A stretch of 64,000 nucleotides of DNA from Patescibacteria group bacterium (GCA_018830295.1 JAHJSM010000001.1:321980-385979), one strand, 5' to 3'. Counted from the first letter of the stretch, positions 27,557 through 36,719 are shown. Translations and numbers: made by a program. Notes: generated from the letters alone by a model not told the origin.

Positions 27557-27609
27557 CATGATTTTTCTCAAAATTTGACAAAATTTTTTGATTTATCTAA
27601 TATATAAAT

Positions 27610-27861
27610 ATGCTTACAGGATATATTTCACAAAAACTAAATAAAGCGCAATATAAGATTTTAGAAGACGGGGTTTATTTTGGAGAAATTCCAGGACTAA
27701 AAGGCGTCTGGGCTTCAGAGAAAAACTTAGAAGAATGCCGCGAAACCCTCCGTGAGGTATTGGAAGAGTGGTTGATTTTGAAATTGCAAGACGGAGATAA
27801 AATTCCAGATTTTCCAAAAGCAAAAGCTGCTCATAGATCTCCTATTTTAAGACATGCCTAA
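27610..27861 (+). CDS. hicB: HicB-family antitoxin (type II TA)
   Basis: 83 aa; YFGEIPGLKGVWASEKNLEECRETLREVLEEWL matches HicB N-terminal domain consensus; overlaps hicA by 8 nt. Confidence 0.7.
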   Translation: MLTGYISQKLNKAQYKILEDGVYFGEIPGLKGVWASEKNLEECRETLREVLEEWLILKLQDGDKIPDFPKAKAAHRSPILRHA

Positions 27862-28066
27862 AAATATCTCCTGGAGAAAATTAGTTAAGAATTTCAGGAA
27901 ACTTGGTTTTGACGGTCCATACAGCGGCGGCAAACATCAGTTTATGGCAAAAGATTCTTTAAAAGTTCATATCCCATCTAAACATCAAGGCGATATCAGC
28001 GCGGGATTAGTCAGTGAAATTCTCCGTCAAGCAGGAATAAATAAAAAAGAATGGGATAAATTTTAA
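27854..28066 (+). CDS. hicA: HicA-family mRNA interferase toxin (type II TA)
   Basis: 70 aa; WRKLVKNFRKLGF…GGKHQFM…VHIPSKHQGDISAGLVSEILRQAGI fits YcfA/HicA dsRBD-like toxin pattern. Confidence 0.75.
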   Translation: MPKNISWRKLVKNFRKLGFDGPYSGGKHQFMAKDSLKVHIPSKHQGDISAGLVSEILRQAGINKKEWDKF

Positions 28067-28217
28067 TTTCATAACCAACAAGAGCAATAAAAAGGTGAGG
28101 AATTCCTTGCCTTTTTTAATTTGATTCAAGGACACCCCTTGCCAAAGAAAATACAACTGAAATTTATATTTTAAATGAACAAAGTTGGAAAGGGGTGTCC
28201 TTTTCTTGACACAACTA

Positions 28218-28246
28218 TTGACAAGTTATTGTTTTTGTGCTAATTT
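28218..28246 (+). promoter_or_regulatory. Sigma70-like promoter (TTGACA-17-TAATTT)
   Basis: Preceded by a 12-bp inverted repeat (AGGACACCCCTT…AAGGGGTGTCCT, 28124-28200) that could be an operator or terminator of the TA pair. Confidence 0.35.
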
Positions 28247-28318
28247 GGGGGTGGTTGTAATGGAGTTTATGGGAGCAAAGAATTGTTATTTAACATAAAA
28301 ACATAGAGGAGGGGGGAT

Positions 28319-28636
28319 ATGAAGCCAACGAGGATAACTATAGGCGGGACAATATTTATTGTCCTTATGCTGTCTTTGTTTATAGGAATTTGTTTTGATG
28401 TAGAAATAGCAAAGGCAAGATACGAACTACAGCAAATATCGCAAGAAAAATCTGAAAAACCTTATGATGATGATGGTCTGGGGATGATGATAATAAAGGA
28501 ATGGAACACCTGTCTTATAAAAGAGGGATATCTTCAATGGAAAAAAGACTATCCTGAACGGGCAAAAAAAATTATCAGCATCGCTGTTAGCGGGGGTGGA
28601 AGTAATTATTTTATGTTGATTTATGAAACGGAATAG
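28319..28636 (+). CDS. Hypothetical small membrane-anchored protein
   Basis: Strong RBS GAGGAGGGGGG; N-terminal TM; 105 aa. Confidence 0.4.
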   Translation: MKPTRITIGGTIFIVLMLSLFIGICFDVEIAKARYELQQISQEKSEKPYDDDGLGMMIIKEWNTCLIKEGYLQWKKDYPERAKKIISIAVSGGGSNYFMLIYETE

Positions 28637-28655
28637 GCGCGTAACGCAAAAACAA

Positions 28656-28709
28656 AAACCGATGGTTGTGGTGTTGAAGTAAAACACCAAAAACAACCAT
28701 CGGTTTTTT
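28656..28709. terminator. Bidirectional rho-independent terminator
   Basis: AAAACCGATGGTTGT…ACAACCATCGGTTTTTT 15-bp stem flanked by A-run/T-run on both sides; second hairpin AAAATCCCGATT-TAAT-CGGGATTTT at 28778-28808 terminates hup on minus strand. Confidence 0.6.
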
Positions 28710-28828
28710 AATTTGCGGAGGTTCAACCTCCGAATGAATCCGGGGGCAGCCCCCGCAAAGATGCCCCCGAAGACAAAATAAAATCCCGATTTAATCGGGA
28801 TTTTATTTATGCTTTTGAAAGCGGTTCT

Positions 28829-29098
28829 TTACTTCACTGCGTCTTTTAACGCTTTGCCTGCTTTGAATTTCGGAACTGTTGTCGCGGCGATTTGAAGTTT
28901 TTCGCCGGTTCTTGGGTTGACTCCCATGCGGGCGGCTCTTTTTGAAACGCTGAATTTTCCAAAACCGGTCAAAACCACATCATTGCCTTTTGATAACGCG
29001 CTCGTGATAGTGTCGAGCATCGCGTTAACCGCTTCTGACGCTTCTTTTTTTGAACAGCAGTTGCCAGCAACCGCTTCAATTAATTCATCTTTAGTCAT
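28829..29098 (-). CDS. hup: HU-family nucleoid-associated DNA-binding protein
   Basis: 89 aa; MTKDELIEAVA…GFGKFSVSKRAARMGVNPRTGEKLQIAATTVPKFKAGKALKDAV typical HU/IHF. Confidence 0.85.
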   Translation of the reverse strand: MTKDELIEAVAGNCCSKKEASEAVNAMLDTITSALSKGNDVVLTGFGKFSVSKRAARMGVNPRTGEKLQIAATTVPKFKAGKALKDAVK

Positions 29099-29212
29099 TT
29101 TATATTAGCGAATAGCGGATAGTGAACAGCGAACAAAATTATTCACCGTCCATTGTCCATTATTCGTTTTTAATTACTTTCTCGACCTTTGCTTATTCTA
29201 ACAACTAAACTG

Positions 29213-29998
29213 CTATAAATCAACAATTTTTTGAATTCTTTCAATTTTATTAGCTTTTCCGTTTTTTCCTGTTCCTATTAAAACAGCGTCCACTTCTACT
29301 GGCCCCTCAGCAACTTCCAATCTTATATTGCCTTGCGTTAAATATCTTTTAATCGCGTCTTCTTTTCTTCTTCCTAAACTTGAGTCCCTTACGCCAACCA
29401 TTCCAACATCGGAGATATAGGCGGTGCCGTTAGGCAGAACTCTTTCGTCGGCGGTCGGAACATGGGTATGCGTTCCCAAGACAGCCGTCACTCGCCCGTC
29501 TAAATACCATCCTAAACAAACCTTTTCGGCTGTCGCTTCAGCGTGCCAGTCAACAATAATAATGTCGGCTTCTTCAGACATCGCTTTTAGGATTTTATCC
29601 GCTTTCCTAAAAGGGTCGTCGTATTGCTGCCGCATAAAGACCCGCCCGATTAAATTAATGACTAAAACCTTTTTAGTCCTTATTTCAATCAAACGATAGC
29701 CCTTTCCAGGCAAACCGGGCGGGAAATTAGCGGGACGAATTAAAGGAATTTTTTTATCTTCCAAAAGACCTGCTATTTCCTTGTGTTTCCAAGTATGGTC
29801 GCCTGAAGTGACTAAGTCAATACCTGCCCCCAAGACCTCTTCTAAACTATTTCGAGTAATCCCCGCGCCGTGAGCCATATTTTCTCCATTGGCGATTATC
29901 AGGTCCGGTTCAAATTCATCGCGCCAAAGCGGAATAACTTTCTTAAGCGCTTCCCGCCCCGGCCGTCCAACAATATCTCCCAAGAATAAGATTTTCAT
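29213..29998 (-). CDS. ymdB: YmdB-like metallophosphoesterase (2',3'-cyclic-nucleotide phosphodiesterase, TIGR00282 family)
   Basis: MKILFLGDIVGRPGR…NGENMAHGAGIT…VDWHAEATAEK…GTHTHVPTADE; start chosen at canonical MKILF (ORF track allows 30025). Confidence 0.8.
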   Translation of the reverse strand: MKILFLGDIVGRPGREALKKVIPLWRDEFEPDLIIANGENMAHGAGITRNSLEEVLGAGIDLVTSGDHTWKHKEIAGLLEDKKIPLIRPANFPPGLPGKGYRLIEIRTKKVLVINLIGRVFMRQQYDDPFRKADKILKAMSEEADIIIVDWHAEATAEKVCLGWYLDGRVTAVLGTHTHVPTADERVLPNGTAYISDVGMVGVRDSSLGRRKEDAIKRYLTQGNIRLEVAEGPVEVDAVLIGTGKNGKANKIERIQKIVDL

Positions 29999-30151
29999 AA
30001 TTTTCAATTTCCAATTCTCAAGCAATTTTCAATTTTCAAAATAATATTCTGACTTCTTAATTTCCAAATTTGTTTTTTCTTATTCTTTATCTTATTTGAA
30101 AATTAATTCATTGAAAATTATTTGAAAATTGAAAATTAGAAATTGAAAATT

Positions 30152-31684
30152 CTACTTCGCGTATTCCACTGATCTTGTTTCTCTAATCACATTAACTTTA
30201 ATTTCCCCAGGGTACTTTAAGTCATGATGAATCTGTTCAGCGATATTTTTAGCTAACTTGTTCGCCGCGAGGTCGTCTATCTCTTCTGGATTAACGAAAA
30301 CGCGCACTTCTCTTCCGGCTTGGATTGCATAGACCTTTTTAACTCCAGGGAACGCTCCGGCGAGATCTTCCAATTCTTTCAGTCGTTTTAAATACGCCTC
30401 AAGGGTGTCTTTTCTGGCGCCTGGCCTGGCTCCGGAGATGGCGTCGGCGACTTGAACAATGATCGATTCCAAACTGGTGTAAGGATATTCCTCGTGGTGC
30501 GCTTGCATTGCTTCAATCACTTTTTCGTCCACATCAAATTTTTTGAGAATTTTTCTTCCGATCTCAACATGAGAACCCTGAATTTCATGGTCAACCGCTT
30601 TTCCAATATCGTGAAACAAACCCGCTTTTTTAGTCAAATCAACATTGGCGCCCAATTCTGAGGCGATCGCGCCTGCAATATGAGCCACTTCCAATGAGTG
30701 CAAAAGAATATTTTGTCCGTAACTTGTTCTAAATCTAAGCCGTCCTAAAAGTTTAATCAATTGCGGATTAATTCCCGCGACGCCGACATCATAGACAGTC
30801 GCCTCTCCCGCTTCAATAACTTTCTTATTGATTTCCTCCGAAGCGGCTTCTACCATTTCTTCAATGCGGCTTGGTTGAATTCTTCCGTCAAGAATTAGTT
30901 TTTCCAAAGCGATTTTAGCGATTTGACGGCGAACAGGGTCAAAGCCAGAGATGACAATCGCGCCGGGCGTATCATCAACTAAAATTTCCACGCCCGTGAG
31001 TTTTTCCAGCGTCTTAATATTTCGTCCCTCTTTTCCGATAATTCTTCCTTTCAAATCGTCGCTCGGCAAACGAACGGTTGAAGAAGTCGTTTCGCTTGAT
31101 TGCGAAGCGGCGTATCTTTGCATCGCCAAAGCGATGATTTTTTGCGCTTTCTTGTCTAATTCTTCTTTGCCTTCTTTTTCTAATTTACTCAATCGTTCTA
31201 AGAGCGCTTGTTGGTGTTCTTTTTCGGCGACAGCGAGAAGTTCTTCTTTCGCTTGGTCTTGCGAATATTGCGCGATTTTTTCTAACTTCTCTATTTGCTC
31301 TTGGCGTAATACATTGAGCCCTTCTTTAATTTTTTTAACCTTGCGGACTTTTGTTTTTAACTCGTCATATTTTTCCTCAAATTGGACGCCTTTTTGGTCC
31401 AAGTCCTGCTCTTTTCTCAATAACCGCTCTTCCATCCGAGTCAGTTGTTTTTGCCTGTCTCTTTCTTGCGCTTTGATTTCTTCAAGCACTTGGCCCGCTT
31501 TTTCTTTCGCTTGAAGTAGTGTTTCTTTCGCTTCGTCTTTCGCTTCGCTGATTAACTTATTTAGTTTTGACTCAATAGTCCCCGCCTGTTTTTTAGCAAT
31601 GGTCTGTCTGGTGTAATATCCCAAGATTGAGCCAAATGCTAAAGCGCCGATAAGTATAACGGCATCCAAAATTAAATTGTTCAT
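30152..31684 (-). CDS. rny: Ribonuclease Y
   Basis: N-terminal TM, coiled coil, KH domain (IGKEGRNIKTLEKLTGV), HD domain (HSLEVAHIAGAIASELG…FHDIGKA); rny-ymdB synteny as in Firmicutes. Confidence 0.9.
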   Translation of the reverse strand: MNNLILDAVILIGALAFGSILGYYTRQTIAKKQAGTIESKLNKLISEAKDEAKETLLQAKEKAGQVLEEIKAQERDRQKQLTRMEERLLRKEQDLDQKGVQFEEKYDELKTKVRKVKKIKEGLNVLRQEQIEKLEKIAQYSQDQAKEELLAVAEKEHQQALLERLSKLEKEGKEELDKKAQKIIALAMQRYAASQSSETTSSTVRLPSDDLKGRIIGKEGRNIKTLEKLTGVEILVDDTPGAIVISGFDPVRRQIAKIALEKLILDGRIQPSRIEEMVEAASEEINKKVIEAGEATVYDVGVAGINPQLIKLLGRLRFRTSYGQNILLHSLEVAHIAGAIASELGANVDLTKKAGLFHDIGKAVDHEIQGSHVEIGRKILKKFDVDEKVIEAMQAHHEEYPYTSLESIIVQVADAISGARPGARKDTLEAYLKRLKELEDLAGAFPGVKKVYAIQAGREVRVFVNPEEIDDLAANKLAKNIAEQIHHDLKYPGEIKVNVIRETRSVEYAK

Positions 31685-31860
31685 ATATTGTTTTCAATTC
31701 AAATTTCATTGCAAGTCCAAATAACCCCGATAAGGGCGATTGGGCTAAAATATTCCGATTAATAATCAAACTTCGCAACATAACCAATGAAAATTTGTAA
31801 TTTAGTTAATGACTTTCAAAATCGTATCAAAGAAAAGCCTAGATGTCAATTGGGACGGCC

Positions 31861-32062
31861 AAAAAGGTCCGACCTCTCAAGCGCGACCTTAAGAAATGTC
31901 GCTACTTGCGATGTCAGACCTTCTCGGTTCTAAAAGGTTTCTAAAAGGTCAGACCTTTCAAGACAACAACTCGTAACAGTTTATTTTCTCGTGACAAACT
32001 GATGGAAAGGTCTGACCTTTTATTTCTTTCTAAAGGTCGCGCTCATAGGTCGAACCTTTTCT
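31861..32062. repeat. Family C MITE-like composite element
   Basis: AAAAGGTCCGACC…AGCGCGACCTTAAGAAATGTCGCTACTTGCGATGTCAGACCTT…AAAAGGTCAGACCTTTC…GACAAACTGATGG…AAAGGTCTGACCTTTT. Confidence 0.8.
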
Positions 32063-32075
32063 TTTTCAATATTTT

Positions 32076-32106
32076 AGGGACAGTCCCTGTTGCGGGGACT
32101 GTCCCT
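32076..32106. repeat. Family B palindromic element
   Basis: AGGGACAGTCCC-tgttgcg-GGGACTGTCCCT. Confidence 0.85.
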
Positions 32107-32162
32107 AAAATATCCCCAAAATAAAAAGAACTGTCCTTTTACAGACAGTCCATTTTATTTAT

Positions 32163-33500
32163 CTATTTTTCTTTTTTCTTAACTTTCTTTTTTTCTTTTT
32201 TATCAGGTGTTTTTTCGCTTTTCTCTGCTTTTTTCTCTTTCTTCTCCTTCATTTCTTTCTTAACTTCTTTTTTAATTACTTTCTTTTTTTTCTTTTCTTC
32301 TTTTTCTTCCTTCGGCTTTTCTTTCTCCGCGGCGACAATATCAATTTTCCATCCCGTTAATTTGGCGGCTAATCGGACATTTTGCCCCTTAACGCCGATT
32401 GCCAAAGAAAGTTGGTCCTCGGGCACAGCCACTTCGGCTTGTCCTTTCTCTTTGTCTATTTTAACATTAACCACTTTAGCAGGAGAAAGCGCGTGGCTTA
32501 TAAACTTAAAAGGGTCTTCCGCCCATTGGACAATATCAATTTTTTCGCCAGATAATTCGTTAATTACGGCTTGGACGCGCGTTCCTTTTTGCCCAATCAT
32601 TGAGCCAATCGGGTCAACTCTCTCTTCCGTTGAAGCAACGGCGATTTTAGTGCGAGAACCCGCTTCTCTCGCGATTGATTTAATCACAACCGTTTCTGCG
32701 GCAATTTCAGGGACTTCAAGCGCGAAAAGTTTGCTCACCATTTTAGGATGCGCTCTTGAAAGAGTTACCATCGGGCCGCGCGAATCCTTGTGCGCTTCAA
32801 CGATATAAACCCTTAATCGCTGGCCAATTCGGTAATATTCGCGAGGGATTTGCTCCTCCGGGAACATTACGCCCGTCGCTTTGCCAATATCCAAAAAGAC
32901 ATTATTATTCTCTATCCTTTGGACAATACCGCTCGCGATGTTTCCTTCTTTGTCTTTGTATTCTTCGTAAATCGCTTCTCTTTCCGCTTCTCTGATGCGC
33001 TGGATAATGACTTGCTTAGCGGTTTGGGCGGCAATCCGTCCAAAATCGCCCGCGACTTCCAAAGGAAATTCAATTTCATCTCCCGGCTTTATTTTCTCTT
33101 TTATTTTTTCGGTTAATTTTTTCCCTTTGAAAATCGGCTTTTCTTTCAAATTAATATCTTTGACTTCTTCAATTAAAATGTGTTTTTCTGGATTAAGTCG
33201 AATTTTTCTCTCGGTTTCCCCTCCTTCGCCTTTAACTTCGTTCCTTTCTTCCGTTTCAATTTCCCCTTCCTCGCCTTCATCTGTCTTTAACATTGACTTA
33301 TCAACAACAAGTTTAATTTGAAAGACCTTCATTTCTTTTTCCAAATTAAAATCAACCCGAATATTCTGGTTTTTGCGGCCATATTCTTTCTTATAGGCGG
33401 CCGCCAAAGCCATTTCCACGGTCTCCATAACCCTTTCTCTGGAAATGCCCTTCTCCTCGCAAATTTGTTCAATTGCTGAAGCAAATGGTTGTTTCTCCAT
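32163..33500 (-). CDS. nusA: Transcription termination/antitermination factor NusA with acidic insertion and Lys-rich C-terminal tail
   Basis: N-terminal MEKQPFASAIEQICEEKGISRERVMETVEMALAAAYKK, S1 and two KH domains (IGQKGTRVQAVINELSGEKIDIV; IGVKGQNVRLAAKLTGWKIDIV); about 50-aa E-rich insert and KEKK-repeat tail. Confidence 0.9.
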   Translation of the reverse strand: MEKQPFASAIEQICEEKGISRERVMETVEMALAAAYKKEYGRKNQNIRVDFNLEKEMKVFQIKLVVDKSMLKTDEGEEGEIETEERNEVKGEGGETERKIRLNPEKHILIEEVKDINLKEKPIFKGKKLTEKIKEKIKPGDEIEFPLEVAGDFGRIAAQTAKQVIIQRIREAEREAIYEEYKDKEGNIASGIVQRIENNNVFLDIGKATGVMFPEEQIPREYYRIGQRLRVYIVEAHKDSRGPMVTLSRAHPKMVSKLFALEVPEIAAETVVIKSIAREAGSRTKIAVASTEERVDPIGSMIGQKGTRVQAVINELSGEKIDIVQWAEDPFKFISHALSPAKVVNVKIDKEKGQAEVAVPEDQLSLAIGVKGQNVRLAAKLTGWKIDIVAAEKEKPKEEKEEKKKKKVIKKEVKKEMKEKKEKKAEKSEKTPDKKEKKKVKKKEK

Positions 33501-33639
33501 AATAGTAAATATTTGATATTTGGGGGCAGCCCTCGATTAGTTAAAAAAATCCGTTTTGAAAAACGGATACTCTCCTCCCACTCCCATCCAAATCATCACT
33601 ATCTTATCACAACTCCAAATCCCTTGTCAAACGAAATTT

Positions 33640-33670
33640 GGGGACAGTCCCCGCAACAGGGACTGTCCCC
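33640..33670. repeat. Family B palindromic element
   Basis: GGGGACAGTCCCC-gcaaca-GGGACTGTCCCC. Confidence 0.85.
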
Positions 33671-33706
33671 AAATAACCCAAATGCCTTGACCTTTCGCCT
33701 GAAAGA

Positions 33707-33798
33707 AATTAAAGGTCAGACCTCTCAAGCGCGACCTTCGGAAATGTCGCTACTTGCGATGTCAGACCTTCTTGGTTCTTAAAGGTCTGACCTTTAAT
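33707..33798. repeat. Family C MITE-like element
   Basis: ATTAAAGGTCAGACC…AGCGCGACCTTCGGAAATGTCGCTACTTGCGATGTCAGACCTT…AAAGGTCTGACCTTTAAT. Confidence 0.8.
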
Positions 33799-33864
33799 TT
33801 CTTGACTGTCCCCAAATGCCTTGACCTTTCGCCTCGTTTTTTATATAATTTCAACTAGGAAATC

Positions 33865-33897
33865 GGGGACAGTCCCTCGCCGCGAGGGACTGTCCCC
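33865..33897. repeat. Family B palindromic element (identical to copy at 34222-34254)
   Basis: GGGGACAGTCCC-tcgccgcga-GGGACTGTCCCC. Confidence 0.9.
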
Positions 33898-33941
33898 AAA
33901 CAAACTTAGTTTCTTAACATTCTAAAAAAAGGGGGTGCGGA

Positions 33942-34145
33942 ATGAAATTAAACGAAAGAGATAAAAAAATATTATTAAATGCTTTGAGACATTATTTAGG
34001 GAAGACACTCCGCGTAGATAAGGCCGCTGATGTAATGCGGTTGATGAAAAGAATAGAAGGAAAAGAAGATATACAAAACAAGTTAAGGAATCATCCAGAT
34101 TTCGTTAAAGATTTTAAAAATATTGGCGCGCTTATATTTTCTTAG
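33942..34145 (+). CDS. Small hypothetical protein (67 aa) in repeat-flanked cassette
   Basis: Strong RBS AAAGGGGGTG 6 nt upstream; helical basic protein; followed by terminator hairpin CCCTCC-caaaaa-GGAGGG TTTT (34184-34210). Confidence 0.35.
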   Translation: MKLNERDKKILLNALRHYLGKTLRVDKAADVMRLMKRIEGKEDIQNKLRNHPDFVKDFKNIGALIFS

Positions 34146-34221
34146 ATGGTTAATAAGCGCAGAGTCCCAAACCTCTAAACAAAAAACCCTCCCAAAAAGG
34201 AGGGTTTTAAATTTGTTTCTT

Positions 34222-34254
34222 GGGGACAGTCCCTCGCCGCGAGGGACTGTCCCC
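34222..34254. repeat. Family B palindromic element (identical to 33865-33897)
   Basis: GGGGACAGTCCC-tcgccgcga-GGGACTGTCCCC. Confidence 0.9.
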
Positions 34255-34264
34255 GGTATTTCTT

Positions 34265-35158
34265 TCATTCCTTAACATTCCTCAAATACTTATAAACCCC
34301 GGTGGCGGCGACTGCCCCTTCGGCGCAGGCGGTGATAATTTGTTTGAGAGGGTTGTTGGTAATATCCCCTGCCGCGAAAACGCCTGGGACATTGGTTGCT
34401 TGTTCTTTATTGACGGCAATAAAATTATTATCCATTTCTATTTTCAATTCGCCGCATAAATGGACATTTGGCACGCCGCCAACTTCAATAAAAAGTTCGT
34501 TAAGTTTCACTTCGTTCCCGTTATTGAGAATAATTTTCTCAAGCGATTTTTTGCCCTTCGCTTCGGCGACTTGGGCGCAATAAAGAATTTCAATATTCTC
34601 CTTCTTTTCCGCTTTTTTAACCAAACTTGGCGCTCCCCGAAATTCGTCTCGGCGGAGAATTATGTACGCTTTTTTAGCGTAATCAGAGACCTTTAACACA
34701 AGAGTTAACGCGCTGTCTCCTCCTCCAACCACGGCGACAGTTTTGTTTTTTAGCGTGGAAATATCAGGCGCGCAATACGAAATTCCTTTATTTAAAAATT
34801 TATCTTCGTTTTTTATCCCCAACTTTCGCATTTTCATTCCCAATCCCAAAATTAACGATTTGGCTTGATACCTTCCTTTATCGGTTACCACTTCAAAAAT
34901 GGGGGACTTAACCCCACTTTTTGTCAACTTTACAACTTGTTCGTTTTTGGTTTTGGCATTGAAATGTTCGTAAAATTTCTTTGCCAAATCAGGTCCCGAA
35001 ATGGACTTAAATCCCAAATAGTTATCAACAATATGGGCTTCATTGACAGTTCCGCCCTTTATTTGCCCGATAACTAAAAAATTAATCCCATACCTTCGGG
35101 CGTATATCCCAGCTGACAAACCAGCCGGTCCTCCGCCAATGATAATCAAATCATACAT
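34265..35158 (-). CDS. Thioredoxin-reductase-like FAD/NAD(P) oxidoreductase lacking the CxxC redox motif
   Basis: [20 protein letters not shown] (FAD GxGxxG), VAVVGGGDSAL (NADPH site), GVFAAGD; position of canonical CATCDG reads YCAPDIS. Confidence 0.7.
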   Translation of the reverse strand: MYDLIIIGGGPAGLSAGIYARRYGINFLVIGQIKGGTVNEAHIVDNYLGFKSISGPDLAKKFYEHFNAKTKNEQVVKLTKSGVKSPIFEVVTDKGRYQAKSLILGLGMKMRKLGIKNEDKFLNKGISYCAPDISTLKNKTVAVVGGGDSALTLVLKVSDYAKKAYIILRRDEFRGAPSLVKKAEKKENIEILYCAQVAEAKGKKSLEKIILNNGNEVKLNELFIEVGGVPNVHLCGELKIEMDNNFIAVNKEQATNVPGVFAAGDITNNPLKQIITACAEGAVAATGVYKYLRNVKE

Positions 35159-36293
35159 ATTTTTTAATTTCCGCAGCTATTTTTTTGACGACTCTTTTAT
35201 CAAAGACGGCGGGGATGATTTTGTTTGGATTTGGATTTTTAACCAAATCGGCGAGCGATTGGGCAGCGGCTAATTTCATTTTTTCCGTCACTTTTTTAAC
35301 CCGGGCGTCTAAAAGACCTCGGAATATTCCGGGAAAAGCCAAAACATTATTGATTTGGTTTTTGAAATCGCTTCGACCCGTGGCGATAATGAAAGCGCCC
35401 GCCTTTTTCGCTTCATCAGGCATAATTTCAGGAGTGGGGTTAGCCATGGCGAAGATAATAGATTGAGGCGCCATTTTTGCCGCCCATTCCTTTTTGAGAG
35501 CGCCCGCGACCGAGATTCCGATAAATACATCGCTTCCCTCAATCGCCTCGCTTAAACCGCCTTTTAATCTTTCCAAATTAGTTATTTGAGCCATCTTTTC
35601 TTTTTCCGAGTTTAACCCTTCTCTGCCTTTGTAAATCGCTCCGACGCTGTCAATTAAAATCATATTTTTAAATCCATAAGCCAAGAGGAGTTTCGCGATG
35701 GCAATGCCCGCCGCGCCGGCTCCATTGAGAATAATTTTCGCCTCGCTTATTTTCCTCTTGGTTATTTTACAGGCGTTGATTAAAGCGGCAAGAGAAACAA
35801 TCGCTGTTCCGTGTTGGTCATCGTGAAAAACGGGAATGTCCAACTCCTTAATAAGCCGTTCCTCAATTTCAAAACAATCAGGCGCCTTGATGTCTTCCAG
35901 ATTAATTCCGCCAAATCCGGGCGAAATTAGTTTCACCGTTCTGATAATTTCTTCGTTGTCTAATGTATCCAAACAAATAGGATAAGCGTCAATATTGGCG
36001 AATTTCTTGAACAAAAGGCACTTCCCTTCCATCACGGGCAAAGCGGCTTTGGCGCCAATATTACCCAGTCCCAAAACAGCCGTCCCGTTCGTCACAACCG
36101 CGACGCTATTCCCCTTAATTGTGTATTTATACACATTTTCCGGGTTTTTATGTATCTCCCGACATGGCTCCGCGACGCCAGGAGTATAGGCGATGCTCAA
36201 ATCATCCTTATTCTTCAAAGAAACCTTTGATTTGATTTCCATCTTCCCCTTATTTTTCTCATGCATTTTTAACGATTCTTTGTAATAATTCAT
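35151..36293 (-). CDS. NAD(P)-dependent malic enzyme (small form)
   Basis: [53 protein letters not shown] Rossmann motif. Confidence 0.8.
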   Translation of the reverse strand: MNYYKESLKMHEKNKGKMEIKSKVSLKNKDDLSIAYTPGVAEPCREIHKNPENVYKYTIKGNSVAVVTNGTAVLGLGNIGAKAALPVMEGKCLLFKKFANIDAYPICLDTLDNEEIIRTVKLISPGFGGINLEDIKAPDCFEIEERLIKELDIPVFHDDQHGTAIVSLAALINACKITKRKISEAKIILNGAGAAGIAIAKLLLAYGFKNMILIDSVGAIYKGREGLNSEKEKMAQITNLERLKGGLSEAIEGSDVFIGISVAGALKKEWAAKMAPQSIIFAMANPTPEIMPDEAKKAGAFIIATGRSDFKNQINNVLAFPGIFRGLLDARVKKVTEKMKLAAAQSLADLVKNPNPNKIIPAVFDKRVVKKIAAEIKKYV

Positions 36294-36308
36294 AATATTT
36301 TTGTTTAG

Positions 36309-36382
36309 TCGGAGCGACAGGATTTGAACCTGCGATCTCGGCGATCCGAACGCCGCGCCTTAAGCCGCTAGGCCACGCTCCG
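36309..36382 (-). tRNA. tRNA-Pro (anticodon CGG)
   Basis: Reverse complement folds as cloverleaf; anticodon loop TTCGGAT; body near-identical to tRNA-Pro(TGG) at 27371. Confidence 0.8.
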
Positions 36383-36410
36383 TTTTGACTATTGAAAGGC
36401 AAAAGAGAAA

Positions 36411-36493
36411 TTAAAGGTCAGACCTTCCCATCAGTTTGTCACTAAACAATAAGCAGTCGCGATAATGTCGTTTTGAAAGGTCTGACCTTTAAT
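36411..36493. repeat. Family C MITE-like element
   Basis: TTAAAGGTCAGACCTTCC-CATCAGTTTGTCAC-…AAGCAGTCGCGATAATGTCGTTTTG-AAAGGTCTGACCTTTAATT. Confidence 0.85.
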
Positions 36494-36595
36494 TCTCTTG
36501 CTATGTTTCTTTTTTATATCCAAATCTGAATTGCAGCCCCGCAATTCTGCGGGGCACTAATTTTTGAAACCAAATCAGAATTTGGACAAAAATTG

Positions 36596-36666
36596 TGGAC
36601 CCAGCGAGAGTCGAACTCGCGTTTCCGCAATGCGAATGCGGTGTACTGCCACTATACGATGGGCCC
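36596..36666 (-). tRNA. tRNA-Ala (anticodon CGC)
   Basis: Reverse complement GGGCCCA…TTCGCAT anticodon loop…TGGGTCCA; G3:U70 wobble pair (alanine identity element). Confidence 0.7.
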
Positions 36667-36674
36667 TGAATCTT

Positions 36675-36708
36675 GGGGACTGTCCCTATAATTATAGGGA
36701 CAGTCCCC
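36675..36708. repeat. Family B palindromic element (opposite arm order; loop TATAATTATA)
   Basis: GGGGACTGTCCC-tataattata-GGGACAGTCCCC. Confidence 0.85.
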
Positions 36709-36719
36709 GTGTTTTTGGC

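Noticed and set aside
28716-28735. GGAGGTTCAACCTCC hairpin as an independent regulatory element
   Set aside because: It is a short perfect palindrome between two clear terminators. It is more likely part of the terminator/repeat cluster (a family A fragment follows) than a distinct operator.
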